64,000 bases of DNA from Chrysiogenia bacterium (GTDB lineage: Bacteria; Acidobacteriota; Aminicenantia; UBA2199): assembly GCA_043826505.1 (NCBI GenBank), contig JBDRQC010000004.1, positions 524,974 to 588,973 on the forward strand, in the 5' to 3' direction. Numbering within the stretch: the stretch's first letter is position 1; each line of letters starts with the position of its first letter. Of this stretch, positions 11,501-21,218 are shown piece by piece. The position numbers were made by a program, and so were the translations under genes. The notes under the pieces are model-generated. The model saw only the letters and a list, made by a program, of their open reading frames with translations. It did not search any database and was not told the origin of the DNA.

Positions 11501-11823
11501 GAGTGGCATGTCAAGCGCCGTGGTTCTCCCCCTTGGGCACTGACAATGAACACATCGAAATTTCCATAGCGGTCCGCCGCGAAGGCGATCGATTTGCCGT
11601 CGTGGCTCCAGACGGGCATGTGGTCATAGGCCTCGTTGAAAGTGATTGCCTTGGCGCTGCCGCCGCTTGTCGCCACGGTGTAGATATCGCCCTTGTAGGT
11701 AAAGGCGATGGTCCGCCCGTCGGGGGAAATGGCCGGATAGCGCAGCCAGGTGGGACCATCCTGGGCAATGACCGTGGTCAGGCCCAGGCACAGGAACAAT
11801 GCCAGGATCAGTGAATGTTTCAT
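8572..11823 (-). CDS. tricorn protease homologue (beta-propeller + PDZ + S41 peptidase)
   Basis: Signal peptide MKHSLILALFLCLGLTTVIAQ at ATG 11823; repeated TolB-like propeller blades (DGKSIAF..., DGKEVAF...), PDZ (GIRIAEIIRGGPLDKAGI) and S41 motif (FNGGGDLVADLAMFF). The 1227-aa track ORF's extra N-terminus is an artifact that overlaps a GNAT gene. Confidence 0.85.
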   Translation of the reverse strand: MKHSLILALFLCLGLTTVIAQDGPTWLRYPAISPDGRTIAFTYKGDIYTVATSGGSAKAITFNEAYDHMPVWSHDGKSIAFAADRYGNFDVFIVSAQGGEPRRLTCHSRNEYPYTFSADDQAVLFGAQRQDLASHRQFPSASQPELYSVPAKGGRVAMVWTFPAEAVQVSRDGRRMVYHDKKGGENEYRKHHVSSITRDIWLYDSSSGEQRLITVFKGEDRNPVFADKDQSICYLSEESGNFNVHKLELKNPRQNRQLTSFKQFPVRFLSSSSDGTLCFGYDGDLYTMSPGGQPRQVAVTIRSEDKRNNDLFLAISGNAREMDVSANGKEVVYVVRGEVFVSAVEGGVTKRITDTPEQERFASFSPDGEAILYASERQGKWQIYQTKKTRQEEPYFYAATVLKEEPLFSNGNNNYQPQYSPDGKEVAFIQNRASLAVYNLASRQTRVLLTPDELYYMSDGDQYFSWSPDSKWLLVEYCPILMVGDVVLIAADGKSKMINLTQSGHSDYRPKWVNAGKQMLWFSTRDGLRSLANSGDRQADVYSMFFSREAWERFNLSKEDFALLQAIEEKEKKEKEEAAAKSKKGKKDKQAGVGEKPAALTFAWDGLHERKARLTLHSSSLDDAVLSKDGETLYYLASFEKGLNLWSSKLRSKEAKMVMQLDAERGRLQWDKEMKNLFLLADGKISRIDLEKGKRQAVEIKGEMKLDQAAERKYMFEHVWQRTRTGFYSPGFHGADWQGLRSAYLKYLPGIGSGYEFTDLLSEMLGELNSSHSGARYNPQRSDGDDTASLGIFMDYDYNGDGIRIAEIIRGGPLDKAGIKIEAGMIIEQIDGETVAADRDSAAYLNRKAGRFTLLQVFDPLTKTRRQVSLKPIKFNDEYALLYKRWVRKNEEEVDKLSQGQLGYVHIPGMGDGPYRDVYEQMMGKYLDRKGVVVDTRFNGGGDLVADLAMFFSGSKFLDYRTEKRSLGYEPSFRWTRPTVAMFNEANYSDGHCFACGYQELGIGKTIGMPTPGTCSFAGWERLQDGATMWGMVPVSAQDGQGHWLENRETVPDFVVKNEPLVVAAGRDQQLEKAVAVLLEMVK

Positions 11824-11857
11824 GAATAGATATACGCTGAAAAGGCTTTCTTTTGTT

Positions 11858-12532
11858 TCACTTTGCTGCATTTTTTGGCCCGGGCAGCGGATAAAAAGAA
11901 AAATTTGCCCCGACCGGCATGCGGGCCGTGCCGGCGCCGAAGGCGAAGCGCATGATCGGGCGCGTGGGCGAACGGCGCGCCGCTTCCACGAAGCCGTTGG
12001 CCGTGAACGCTTTCGGAATTCCGGTCCAGGCGAACGCCGCCGCAATGGTTTTGCCAGCCCGTGGTTCCACCGGGTAGCCCTCGAGAAAAGGCACGCCCTT
12101 GCCTCTGACGTAGTCGACGGCGGCACCCAGCAGCAGCGTGGCCACGCCCCGGTTGCGATATGAGCGGTGGACGAACAGGCAGGAGACCGACCAGCAGGAT
12201 TGGTCATCGATCGGCGCCAGGACCCGCGAACGGGCCAGGGCCGGAAACTGTTCACGCGGCGCTACGGAACACCAGCCGACCGGCCTGCCGTCGAGATAGC
12301 CCAGCAGTCCCGGCACTTCGCCCGTTTCGACCAGGGCCTGCATGGCCCGGCGGTTGCCGTCGCCTTTCTGGGCGGTGAATTGTTTTCGCGGCAGGCGCCA
12401 GAACATGCACCAGCAGCCGCCGCAGGCGCCCCTGGCACCGAAAAGCTCCGCGAAATCCCTCCAGCGCTCCTTGGTCAGGGGATGGCAGGCGAATTGTCCG
12501 GCAACGGGCGCGGCACCGATAATTTCTTTCAT
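11858..12532 (-). CDS. GNAT family N-acetyltransferase
   Basis: ORF 11858..12595; motif RNRGVATLLLGAAVDYVRGKGVPFLEGYPVE (acetyl-CoA binding Q/RxxGxG/A); probable start MKEIIGA. Confidence 0.75.
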   Translation of the reverse strand: MKEIIGAAPVAGQFACHPLTKERWRDFAELFGARGACGGCWCMFWRLPRKQFTAQKGDGNRRAMQALVETGEVPGLLGYLDGRPVGWCSVAPREQFPALARSRVLAPIDDQSCWSVSCLFVHRSYRNRGVATLLLGAAVDYVRGKGVPFLEGYPVEPRAGKTIAAAFAWTGIPKAFTANGFVEAARRSPTRPIMRFAFGAGTARMPVGANFSFYPLPGPKNAAK

Positions 12533-12660
12533 GATTTTTTTGCAGCGGGGACCGGATTTTCTCGATCTCTTTTTCCCAGCGTGCTTTTCAGCCACCCGAC
12601 CAAAGTCGCCGCCATGACGCTGTCGAGCGAATCACTTTCTAACGGCGTTTTCGTTTTTTC

Positions 12661-13695
12661 TCATTCCGCCGCTTTTTCCTCGAAGGCTTTCAGGCGCTTA
12701 CGGGCTTTTTCAAGCGCCTCATTAATATTATCCTTATCCGCGTTCGCTTCTTCCTTGAGCTCCTTTTCCAATTGCTTGATATTTTCCAGCAAGTCATTTT
12801 TGGTATCTTCTTTCTGCTGGGCCAGCTCCGCCTTGTCAAATACGATCTTCTCGGCGCCCGGCGCTTTTTCCGCCCGTTTTTCCAACATCGGCTGGGGGAT
12901 GCATTGCTTGTCTTCCGCCAAGCGGCGTTGGTTCTGGTAGGCCGGAGAGGTGATCTCGATGCCTTGACCATGCAACACGTCCAAAACCGCCCTGTTGAGG
13001 TTTGAACGAGCCGTGAGCAATCCTTTCACTTCGCAGAGAACACCGGCGACACGGTAGGTGACCGCAAAATTCCCAAGTTCCAAAATATGGACAAAGGGCT
13101 CAATCAGGCCGCTCTTTTCCGCGGCCTTGCGCAAAAGGGGTTCGACCTGGGCATGATGGACATCATAGCCCAGAGAAAGAGACGCGGAGACAATGGCGCC
13201 TGAAGCCTGGACCGTAGAGACAGGATTTAAGATCAGGTAGGTGTTGGGGATGGCGATCAGCTCTCGATTCTCCGATTGGATTTCCGTATCGAACAGGCCC
13301 CTTTCAGCGACACGCCCGAAGTAATCACGAACCTGAACAAAATCACCGATGCGGAACGGTTTTGTAATACGAAGCAATATCCCCGCCATGAGATTCGCGA
13401 AAATGGTGCTTGATGAAAAGGCGAAGATGCCCGATATCACCAGGCCGATAACCCAGATGACCTGATTGCGGGAACTGTCGCTAACGGGCAAAGCCAGGGA
13501 GATGCCCACGATGCTTACAAAGATCAACCCCAGCATGGCCAGCTGCCGGGAAAACAAGCGTTCATTGCCGAGGTTGGCATGCCGCCCGATGAGCAGGCGA
13601 TAAGTGGCCCAGAGCAGCACTGCGAAACCCAGGATCGTCACTAACAATGGGAAAAAGGAAACCATGATTTCAAACAGCTTATTTAAAAATGACAT
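12661..13695 (-). CDS. mechanosensitive ion channel, MscS family
   Basis: 3 N-terminal TM helices, then MscS beta-domain (ITKPFRIGDFVQV...GRVAERGLFDTEIQSENRELIAIPNT); Lys/Glu-rich C-terminal tail. Confidence 0.85.
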   Translation of the reverse strand: MSFLNKLFEIMVSFFPLLVTILGFAVLLWATYRLLIGRHANLGNERLFSRQLAMLGLIFVSIVGISLALPVSDSSRNQVIWVIGLVISGIFAFSSSTIFANLMAGILLRITKPFRIGDFVQVRDYFGRVAERGLFDTEIQSENRELIAIPNTYLILNPVSTVQASGAIVSASLSLGYDVHHAQVEPLLRKAAEKSGLIEPFVHILELGNFAVTYRVAGVLCEVKGLLTARSNLNRAVLDVLHGQGIEITSPAYQNQRRLAEDKQCIPQPMLEKRAEKAPGAEKIVFDKAELAQQKEDTKNDLLENIKQLEKELKEEANADKDNINEALEKARKRLKAFEEKAAE

Positions 13696-13831
13696 GTTCG
13701 ACCCCTATCCAAGTATAAGACTGGTTTTATATTTGTCAAGAAAATCAATCCTGACCGGTTTGGGCATGATTGATATTGTTGTTGGCCATTTGCTCCATCC
13801 ATAATGACCCTGGCCGCCCCGTTTTTTTCAA

Positions 13832-14209
13832 TTACACCCACACGTCATTTCGTGCCGTAAGCGCACCGCCGGCAGCACCGGTATTCACCACGCCGCGGGG
13901 CTCGATGACCATCGCCTGGCATTCCCTGGCGGCACGGGTAATATGCTCTGTTCCCCGCGGGACTACCAGCATCTCCCCGGCGCGGACGGGAACCGTCCGT
14001 TCACGGAAACCGACCTCCATCTCGCCCTGCAGCACGATGAACACCTCGTCGGTTTCCTGGTGATCATGCCAGACAAATTCGCCCTGGAACTTGACCAGCT
14101 TGAACTGGTAGTCGTTCATCTCGGCGATGACCCGCGGCGACCAGTGCTCGGAGAACCGGGCAAGTTTTTCAGCGAAGTTAATGGGGTTCACTTTGATAAC
14201 CATGGCCAA
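13832..14209 (-). CDS. cupin domain protein
   Basis: 125 aa; G(x)5HxH-like WHDHQETDEVFIVLQGEMEV and second cupin motif PRGTEH. Confidence 0.7.
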   Translation of the reverse strand: MAMVIKVNPINFAEKLARFSEHWSPRVIAEMNDYQFKLVKFQGEFVWHDHQETDEVFIVLQGEMEVGFRERTVPVRAGEMLVVPRGTEHITRAARECQAMVIEPRGVVNTGAAGGALTARNDVWV

Positions 14210-14251
14210 TCTCCCATGTAAATTCGAATCTGCAGACCCCGGACCTTCCCC

Positions 14252-16681
14252 TTACAATTGCACCCGTCTAAGCCTGAGCGAATTGCTGATCACGGAAACC
14301 GAGCTGAAGCTCATTGCCGCCGCGGCAATGATCGGCGACAATAGAATCCCAAAGAATGGATACAGTACCCCCGCGGCAATGGGGACACCCGCCGTGTTGT
14401 AAACGAAGGCAAAGAACAAATTCTGCCTGATATTGCGCATGGTGGCCCGGCTCAAGCGCCTGGCCCTGACGATTCCCCGCAGGTCGCCTTTGACCAGGGT
14501 AACGCCGGCACTTTCGATCGCCACATCGGTACCCGCGCCCATGGCGATACCTACCTGGGCCTGGGCCAGCGCCGGGGCATCATTTATGCCATCCCCGGCC
14601 ATGGCAACGATGCGGCCCTGGGCTTGAAGCTCCTTGATCAGTTCGGCTTTTTGCTGAGGCAGTACTTCGGCGTGCACCTGGTCGATTGCCAGTTTGTCGG
14701 CAACCGCTTTCGCTGTGGTGCGGCTGTCACCGGTCAGCATCACGATGCGCATGCCTTGGGCATGCAAATCACGGATGGCTTCGGCCGTCGAGCCCTTGAT
14801 GGGATCGGCGATGCCGATCAAACCGGCTGCCTTGCCGTCAATGGCGAGCAACACGACCGTCTGGCCCTCGGCGCGCAGCTTGTCAGCCTGCTGCGTCAAG
14901 TCTCGCGCATGAATACCCAGGCTTTCCAGCAGTTGGCCGTTTCCCGCCGCCAGCACATGTCCGGCCACTTCACCGGTGACACCTTTTCCCGTATGGGACT
15001 GAAAGTTTTCGGCCTTGACCAGCCCGATCCCCCTTTCCTTTGCCCCCTGCACAATGGCTTCGGCCAGCGGATGCTCGCTGGCCCGTTCCAGGCTGGCGGC
15101 CAGGCGCAGTATTTCATCCTCGCTGAACCCTGCTTGCGCTTGCAGCGCCACCAGCTTTGGCTTGCCTTCGGTCAGGGTGCCGGTCTTGTCCACCACCAGG
15201 GTATCGACTTTTTCCATGATCTCCAGCGCTTCGGCATTCTTGATCAGCACACCGGCCATGGCGCCGCGCCCCGTTCCCACCATGATGGCAATGGGCGTGG
15301 CCAATCCCAGCGCGCAGGGACAGGCGATGATCAGCACGGCAACGGCATTGACAATGGCATGCGCCAGGCGCGGTTGCGGTCCCCATAGCGACCAGACAAC
15401 AAATGCAGCCACGGCAACGGTCACGACCGCGGGCACGAAATAGCCGGCCACGACATCGGCCAGCTTCTGAATGGGCGCGCGCGAGCGCTGCGCTTCGGCT
15501 ACCATCCTGACGATTTGCGCCAGCAAGGTATCAGCGCCGACTTTTTCCGCCCGCATCAGCAAACTGCCCGTTCCGTTGACCGTGGCGCCGATCAGTTTCG
15601 CGCCCTTGGCCTTGGCCACGGCCATGGGTTCACCGGTGACCATGGATTCGTCCACGTTGCTGGCACCGTCAATGACCGTGCCATCCACCGGGACTTTCTC
15701 GCCGGGCCGCACCCGCAGGGTATCGCCGGCCTGTACATGCTCGAGCGGGATATCCTCTTCTGCCCCATCATTGCGCACGATTCGTGCCGTTTTCGGGGCC
15801 AGGCCGAGCAGCAGCTGAATGGCCGCATTGGTCCGCGAGCGGGCGCGCAATTCAAGCACCTGTCCCAGAAGCACCAGGGCCGTGATCATTGCCGCCGCTT
15901 CAAAGTAAACATCCACCCTGCCGCCCTTCATCTGCATTATGGCAGGGAAAATCTGCGGGAACACCAGGGCCACGACGCTGTATACCCAGGCCACGGAGAC
16001 ACCCAGGGCGATCAAGGTGAACATATTGAGGTTCCAGGTGCACAGCGATTGCCAGCCGCGCACAAAAAACGGCCAACCGCCCCCCAGCACGACAGGTGTC
16101 GCCAGGGCGAACCCGATCCATTGCACCATGGACATGGAAAGCCCTGCCGGCAACCAGGCCGGCGCCAGGTCGGCGATCATGGCCAGGATGAACACCGGAG
16201 CTGCCAGAAAGACGCTGATCCAGAAGCGCCGGCTCATGTCAATGAGTTCCTCGTTTTTTTCTTCAACTCCGACCGTGAGCGCTTCCAGGGCCATGCCGCA
16301 TTTCGGGCAATTCCCGGGATGGTCCTGCCGCACTTCGGGATGCATGGGGCAGGTGTACTCGAGTTTGGTTTGCATCGCCGGCAGGCCCGCCGCCTCCAAT
16401 GCCATGCCGCACTTTGGACAATTGCCGGGGCCCTGCTGGCGGATTTCCGGATGCATGGGGCAGGTGTATGGTACCGGCCCGTCGTGTGATTCATGAGCAG
16501 GCGGGCTTTCCTTTTCCAGGTATGGTTTCGGGTTCTCCTTGAATTTGTGCAGGCAATGTTCACTGCAGAAATAATATTGCTCGCCCGCATGGCGGTACTG
16601 GTATTTGCTATCGCCGGCTACGGTCATGTTGCACACGGGATCCCTGTGTTCGTTTTTTTCTGTATTTAATTTTTTACCCAT
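14252..16681 (-). CDS. copA: copper-translocating P-type ATPase with N-terminal TRASH/YHS domain and two CPxHP metal-binding repeats
   Basis: CPC ([11 protein letters not shown]), [18 protein letters not shown]-type motifs; N-term CNMTV...YYFCSEHC (YHS/TRASH) and 2x YTCPMHPE...[11 protein letters not shown]. Confidence 0.9.
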   Translation of the reverse strand: MGKKLNTEKNEHRDPVCNMTVAGDSKYQYRHAGEQYYFCSEHCLHKFKENPKPYLEKESPPAHESHDGPVPYTCPMHPEIRQQGPGNCPKCGMALEAAGLPAMQTKLEYTCPMHPEVRQDHPGNCPKCGMALEALTVGVEEKNEELIDMSRRFWISVFLAAPVFILAMIADLAPAWLPAGLSMSMVQWIGFALATPVVLGGGWPFFVRGWQSLCTWNLNMFTLIALGVSVAWVYSVVALVFPQIFPAIMQMKGGRVDVYFEAAAMITALVLLGQVLELRARSRTNAAIQLLLGLAPKTARIVRNDGAEEDIPLEHVQAGDTLRVRPGEKVPVDGTVIDGASNVDESMVTGEPMAVAKAKGAKLIGATVNGTGSLLMRAEKVGADTLLAQIVRMVAEAQRSRAPIQKLADVVAGYFVPAVVTVAVAAFVVWSLWGPQPRLAHAIVNAVAVLIIACPCALGLATPIAIMVGTGRGAMAGVLIKNAEALEIMEKVDTLVVDKTGTLTEGKPKLVALQAQAGFSEDEILRLAASLERASEHPLAEAIVQGAKERGIGLVKAENFQSHTGKGVTGEVAGHVLAAGNGQLLESLGIHARDLTQQADKLRAEGQTVVLLAIDGKAAGLIGIADPIKGSTAEAIRDLHAQGMRIVMLTGDSRTTAKAVADKLAIDQVHAEVLPQQKAELIKELQAQGRIVAMAGDGINDAPALAQAQVGIAMGAGTDVAIESAGVTLVKGDLRGIVRARRLSRATMRNIRQNLFFAFVYNTAGVPIAAGVLYPFFGILLSPIIAAAAMSFSSVSVISNSLRLRRVQL

Positions 16682-17137
16682 ATCCCCATCCTCTTCTGTT
16701 CCATTTCAATTCATTTTATCAATAAAAAACCGGACGCACAATTTTTCAATGCGGCCCGGCCGCATCCGCCAGCGAGAGCCAATTCAGGAAGTTGCGATTG
16801 CTGCCATCTGGAGACCCAACTCCGGGTATTTCCCATTTCAGCGAATGACATTTTTCAGAATATTTGCCAGGCGGGTAGCGGATATGTAGCGATCGGCCAA
16901 AACTTTGCCGTTATAGATCAAAGTGAAGACTCCGCAAAGGGAGGGCGTTTCCTGGGCCTGGGGGAACTGGTCGATGTTGGCCAGGGACTTCTCGACAATG
17001 TTTGCCTGCGCTGCAAATGCTTTCACGCACACATCCCGGTAAGTCCTATATGAATTATAAGCTGCCTTTACTCTCGAAATTCACGTCTTAAATTTTAACA
17101 ATCCGTACCAGAATGCAAATTTAATTTCGGCACCAAT

Positions 17138-17581
17138 TCAAAACAGGAAACGGGCGCCAATTGCCAGAATGATTGCCAGGCTGATGATCACTGCCGCCAC
17201 GATCAAACTTTTCGCAAGCAATGAGCGAGTTTCTTTGTCACTGGCACGGACATCCATCTCCCCTGTCTGGATCGCCCGTTCCAAATCGTCCAATTCGTTT
17301 TGCCAGAACTTGCGTTCACTTTTAGTAACGAACTGGCCGGTAGTATCAATAACGAAGGTTACGGTGACAGACGTTGGCTGACCGGGACTTGGGATGAGTT
17401 GAATGATGGCATTGACCTTCGAGCCTTTTGCTGAAAAGGTGAAAAATGAGCCGCGCCCATAGGTCAGCAGCTGCGGTTGGGATGTGGTCTGGGTGTAGCC
17501 GGCCATATAAAAATAGGTTGCCAGGCGTTCACGCACTGTGGCTTCGCTGACAGCGGCACTGATGTTGCGCTCGAGTTTCAT
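17138..17581 (-). CDS. hypothetical protein with C-terminal TM helix
   Basis: 147 aa ORF; C-terminal hydrophobic LIVAAVIISLAIILAIG. Confidence 0.4.
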   Translation of the reverse strand: MKLERNISAAVSEATVRERLATYFYMAGYTQTTSQPQLLTYGRGSFFTFSAKGSKVNAIIQLIPSPGQPTSVTVTFVIDTTGQFVTKSERKFWQNELDDLERAIQTGEMDVRASDKETRSLLAKSLIVAAVIISLAIILAIGARFLF

Positions 17582-18546
17582 TGGTTCGCCTCCATTTCCA
17601 CGGTCAGCGTATTCCAGGCGGTCGCTTCAGGGTATTCGTGCGGGTCTTTCAGGCGCCGCAGCAGGAGCAGCGAGGCGCTGGCCTCCGGAGAGATGCCGTC
17701 CAGCAGCAGGGAAAAGTGGGAGAAGTTTTTCACCCTGACGCCGTTGACCTCCAGGACCACGTCCAGGGGGAGGATGCCGGACCGGCCCGCCGGCCCGGAG
17801 CGGGCCACCATGGTGACCAGGACGCCCTCGCCAACCGTAATTCCCATGTCGGTGGCCTGGGCGAGGGTCAGGTTCTCCCACATCAGCCCAAACCGGGAAA
17901 ACCTCAATGCCAAGCCCCGCTGTTCGAGGAGCGACGCCGCGGCATTGATGAAGGCTCGGGCCGTATCCTCCAGCGCGAATAAAAAACTGAAGCGGGACGC
18001 GGCCAGGATGTTAACGTTCCAGTTGCGGCCCGGGGGGGCCTTGGCAAAGAGCCCGCTGGGATTGGGCAGGTAATGCAGGTCGATGCCGCGGATTTCATCA
18101 AGGGCGATGTAGCAGTAAGACTGGCCGCGATACTGGTTCAGGTAGCCGCTGCGCCATTCGGCCTCGATCCTGAGATTGTCGGCTTTTTCGGGCCGCGCCC
18201 TGTATTCTTTTCTCTTGGCGGCCTTACCCCTGGTCAGGCGGAATTTTTTGGCGAAAAACACCGATGCGCCGAACTTGCTGTCCAGGAAGGCCGTTTCCTC
18301 GGCGACAGCTTTCTTGAATACGGCATCGATCTGTTCCGCCGTGAGGTCGGTCCGGGGAATGACCCAATGCCACAGGCTGCTGCCCGCATGCGGCCAGACC
18401 TGCGGTTCCGCGACCTGGGCCAGGCAAGCGGTCACCGTCATCCAGGCAAATAATCCTATGGTGATCGCCAACCGCCAGGCAGCATGGCCGGGTTTCCCTC
18501 CCTTCCCGTCCGCGAGCCGAAATTGTTTTGTCTTTGCTTGCCTCAT
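17578..18546 (-). CDS. PDZ domain-containing membrane-anchored protein
   Basis: N-terminal signal-anchor; C-terminal PDZ-like GITVGEGVLVTMVARSGPAGRSGILPLDVVLEVNGVRV. Confidence 0.6.
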   Translation of the reverse strand: MRQAKTKQFRLADGKGGKPGHAAWRLAITIGLFAWMTVTACLAQVAEPQVWPHAGSSLWHWVIPRTDLTAEQIDAVFKKAVAEETAFLDSKFGASVFFAKKFRLTRGKAAKRKEYRARPEKADNLRIEAEWRSGYLNQYRGQSYCYIALDEIRGIDLHYLPNPSGLFAKAPPGRNWNVNILAASRFSFLFALEDTARAFINAAASLLEQRGLALRFSRFGLMWENLTLAQATDMGITVGEGVLVTMVARSGPAGRSGILPLDVVLEVNGVRVKNFSHFSLLLDGISPEASASLLLLRRLKDPHEYPEATAWNTLTVEMEANQ

Positions 18547-18611
18547 GATTTGACTATATTATCATAAATCATACCATCGTAATCCGTCCCCATTCATCCA
18601 TTTCTTATATT

Positions 18612-19304
18612 TCAAGTTCCCAGGGCGTAATCCACCGCCGCGCGGGCATGGATCAGCGTGGTGTCAAAGAGCGGAATACGGCCCTGTTCCTGCTTGATAA
18701 GCAGCGGCAGCTCGGTGCAGCCCAGGATGATGGCCTGGGCGCCCTTGGCCGCGAGTCGGTCGATGATCCCCCAGATCTCCCTGCCGGCGGCGCGATCGAC
18801 TTTGCCCAGCGCCAACTCGTCAATGATGACGCGGTGGATGCGCTCACGCTCCTCCTTCTCCGGCACCAGCGCCTCGATGCCGTGCTTCTCCCTCAACCTG
18901 CCGGAAAAAAAATTCTCTTCCATGGTGAAGCGCGTGCCCAGCAGCCCGACCTTGCCCAAGCCCGCCTTCAGGATCTCACGGGCGGTCGCGTCCACGATGT
19001 GCAGGATCGGTATGCCGATCTCCCGGCCGATCTCGGCGGCGAGCTTGTGGGCCGTGTTCGCGCAGAGCAGCAGGAAATCGGCGCCGCCGCTCTCGATGTC
19101 CCTTGCCGCCCGCAGCAGGATAGCCAGAACTCCGTCCCAGTCTCCGCGCTCGGTCAGGGGCTGGATCTCGGCGAAATCAACGGAAACCATGACGCTTTTG
19201 GCCGAATGGTGGCCCCCGAGCCTCTCCCTGGTCAACTCGTTGACCAGCTTGTAGTAGAGCAGCGACGACTCACAGGTGATGCCGCCCAGCAGTCCTATGG
19301 TTTT
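18612..19304 (-). CDS. aspartate/glutamate racemase family protein
   Basis: MKTIGLLGG...; LLCANTAHK...GIPILHIVDAT...VGLLGTRFTME typical of Asp/Glu/hydantoin racemase fold; ORF extends to 19334. Confidence 0.75.
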   Translation of the reverse strand, partial: KTIGLLGGITCESSLLYYKLVNELTRERLGGHHSAKSVMVSVDFAEIQPLTERGDWDGVLAILLRAARDIESGGADFLLLCANTAHKLAAEIGREIGIPILHIVDATAREILKAGLGKVGLLGTRFTMEENFFSGRLREKHGIEALVPEKEERERIHRVIIDELALGKVDRAAGREIWGIIDRLAAKGAQAIILGCTELPLLIKQEQGRIPLFDTTLIHARAAVDYALGT

Positions 19305-19405
19305 CATTCGCATCCTCCTTGGCCAGGATTGCAATTACAAGAAATTAGGTTCAAGCTGCTAGTCCCCAAAGAAAGGCGGCCAGGATGCCTTTTGTCCTCA
19401 TTCGC

Positions 19406-20080
19406 CTACTTTTTCCGCTGCAGTTTTTCGATCTGTTTTTTCAATCCGAGGATGTTTGATCTAAGGAAGTTATCAGAGCTGGAATTCTTATAAGAGGTCT
19501 GCAGGTCATCTTTAACTCCGGCCAACAAGACCTCATCGATCATCTGCTTGTCCGCCTTTTGCTCTTCAAGCTTGTCGGTATTGAAGTTGGCACGCCAAAA
19601 CCGTCGATAGGTCGCAACAATCGTATCGTCACCCGCTCCGGCCGCGATGGCCGCATCGAGCTTTGCCAGGCAATTAGCTCTTCTCACAGCGAACTCCTTC
19701 CTCTTCTTGTCCTGTAAGCCTGGGTTGCTCGAACTGCCCATAAAGACAATGAAGGGGATGAAAAAAAACAGGAACAACCCACCGCCGATGTACACCAGGG
19801 CCAGCGTATCGCTTTGCGCCCCGATGACCATGATGATCCCGGCCAGGATCCCGGGGAGACAGCCCATATTCAGCAATCTCTCTCCAGACAGCACATCGGG
19901 AGGAATATACGCCTCCTCCATGAGTTGCTCCATGGAGAACTCCTTCCGCTTTTTCAGGTAATGCCTTTTAAGCCAGAGCCGGACAGAACTTGTCTTGATC
20001 CCCGCCAACAGCAGCTGCACGGCGGCGAAAAAAACAAGCAACACCAGGCCGACAAGCAGAAACGCGAGCGCTTTTACCAT
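19406..20080 (-). CDS. hypothetical membrane protein
   Basis: Probable start MVKALAFLLVGLVLLVFF; several TM segments; Lys-rich C-terminus. Confidence 0.45.
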   Translation of the reverse strand: MVKALAFLLVGLVLLVFFAAVQLLLAGIKTSSVRLWLKRHYLKKRKEFSMEQLMEEAYIPPDVLSGERLLNMGCLPGILAGIIMVIGAQSDTLALVYIGGGLFLFFFIPFIVFMGSSSNPGLQDKKRKEFAVRRANCLAKLDAAIAAGAGDDTIVATYRRFWRANFNTDKLEEQKADKQMIDEVLLAGVKDDLQTSYKNSSSDNFLRSNILGLKKQIEKLQRKK

Positions 20081-20307
20081 GTTTTCCCTCCTGTGCCCAG
20101 GAAGTAGAGATCGTTCTCTCACCACTCAGCGACATCAGAGCACACTGGATCCGCTGGGCAAGTTTATTTTATGAAGCAGGCAAAAAAAAGTCAAAATTCG
20201 GAATGCCCAATAGCGAGGCTGCCCCGGGAAAAACCATGCAACTGTTCCCAGCTGTCGACTTGCAGCCGCTCACCTTCCACCGCATCTCTACCGGCCGCAT
20301 GCCTGAA

Positions 20308-20535
20308 TCAGGCATTGTCGTCACCCTTCCTGCCGAACACCCTCCAGAGGGTCGCCAAGGTGAATACCTGGACGGCGACGATCACCGCCAGGCAGAACCG
20401 CAGGATATTCCACTCCAGGCGCAGATCGCCCTCGCCGTGATAGATGTCCGTGAGCGCCAGATGGCTGATAAAAACCGCGATCAGCGAGCCAATTCCCAGA
20501 ACGAAAGCCAAAATTGCCTGCCGCATCATGGCCAT
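20308..20535 (-). CDS. small hypothetical membrane protein
   Basis: 75-aa ORF with two hydrophobic helices; could be spurious. Confidence 0.3.
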   Translation of the reverse strand: MAMMRQAILAFVLGIGSLIAVFISHLALTDIYHGEGDLRLEWNILRFCLAVIVAVQVFTLATLWRVFGRKGDDNA

Positions 20536-20609
20536 GCTTTCCTCCCTGATCTTTTTTTTTGCCTGTTTTTTTTTCTAAAGTAACAAAGCCCAGCTTCCCA
20601 AAATTCTTC

Positions 20610-21182
20610 TCAAAGGATGAACGGTAGGAAGCGCTTCGTGCTCCTGTAGTATGCTTCATAGGCGGCACCATAGTACTCCCGCAGGGCCTTCTCCTCGATG
20701 CGCACCCGGTTGGCGACGCCAAGCACCACCATAGCCGTGACTGCCAGCAGGCTAATCCAATTTTCATAAGTGACACCGATGCCGATGGCTACCAGGATGA
20801 TCCCGGCATAGGCCGGGTGGCGGACATGGCGATAGAGCCCCGTGGTCACGAGCGGCTGTTCCGCCGCGATCTCGACATGAGCGCTGAAAAACCTACCCAG
20901 CGTGATCATCGCCGCCCAGCGCAGCAGCATGCCCAGGAGCATCAGCGCCACGGCGACCGCGGCCAGCAAGGGGCGGGCGAGCTGGATCCAGCCCGCTGTG
21001 ATCGTGCGCAAACCCGCGGCCGCAACCAGGCCGGCAGCGAGGAAGAACCACAGGACGAAAAGCGAGCGCCGGTCAACTACACGGTGGGGATGGCCTTGAC
21101 GACGCTGGGCCCGGATCAGCACCGTGTCCACGACGGGCATGAGCAGCAGCACGAAAAAATAGAGCAAATAATACCGGCTCAT
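20610..21182 (-). CDS. isoprenylcysteine carboxyl methyltransferase (ICMT)/phospholipid methyltransferase family membrane protein
   Basis: C-terminal GLYRHVRHPAYAGIILVAIGIG...RVRIEEKALREYYG matches ICMT/PEMT SAM-binding region. Confidence 0.75.
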   Translation of the reverse strand: MSRYYLLYFFVLLLMPVVDTVLIRAQRRQGHPHRVVDRRSLFVLWFFLAAGLVAAAGLRTITAGWIQLARPLLAAVAVALMLLGMLLRWAAMITLGRFFSAHVEIAAEQPLVTTGLYRHVRHPAYAGIILVAIGIGVTYENWISLLAVTAMVVLGVANRVRIEEKALREYYGAAYEAYYRSTKRFLPFIL

Positions 21183-21218
21183 GGTCTAGGTTCTGTTATC
21201 AAGTATCCCAGGTCGGAT

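Noticed and set aside
9106-11814. 902-aa plus-strand ORF antisense to the tricorn protease, and the 42808..45585 ORF antisense to mfd
   Set aside because: Ala/Gly/Arg-rich artifacts of high-GC DNA with no recognisable domains; the minus-strand genes have strong homology signatures.
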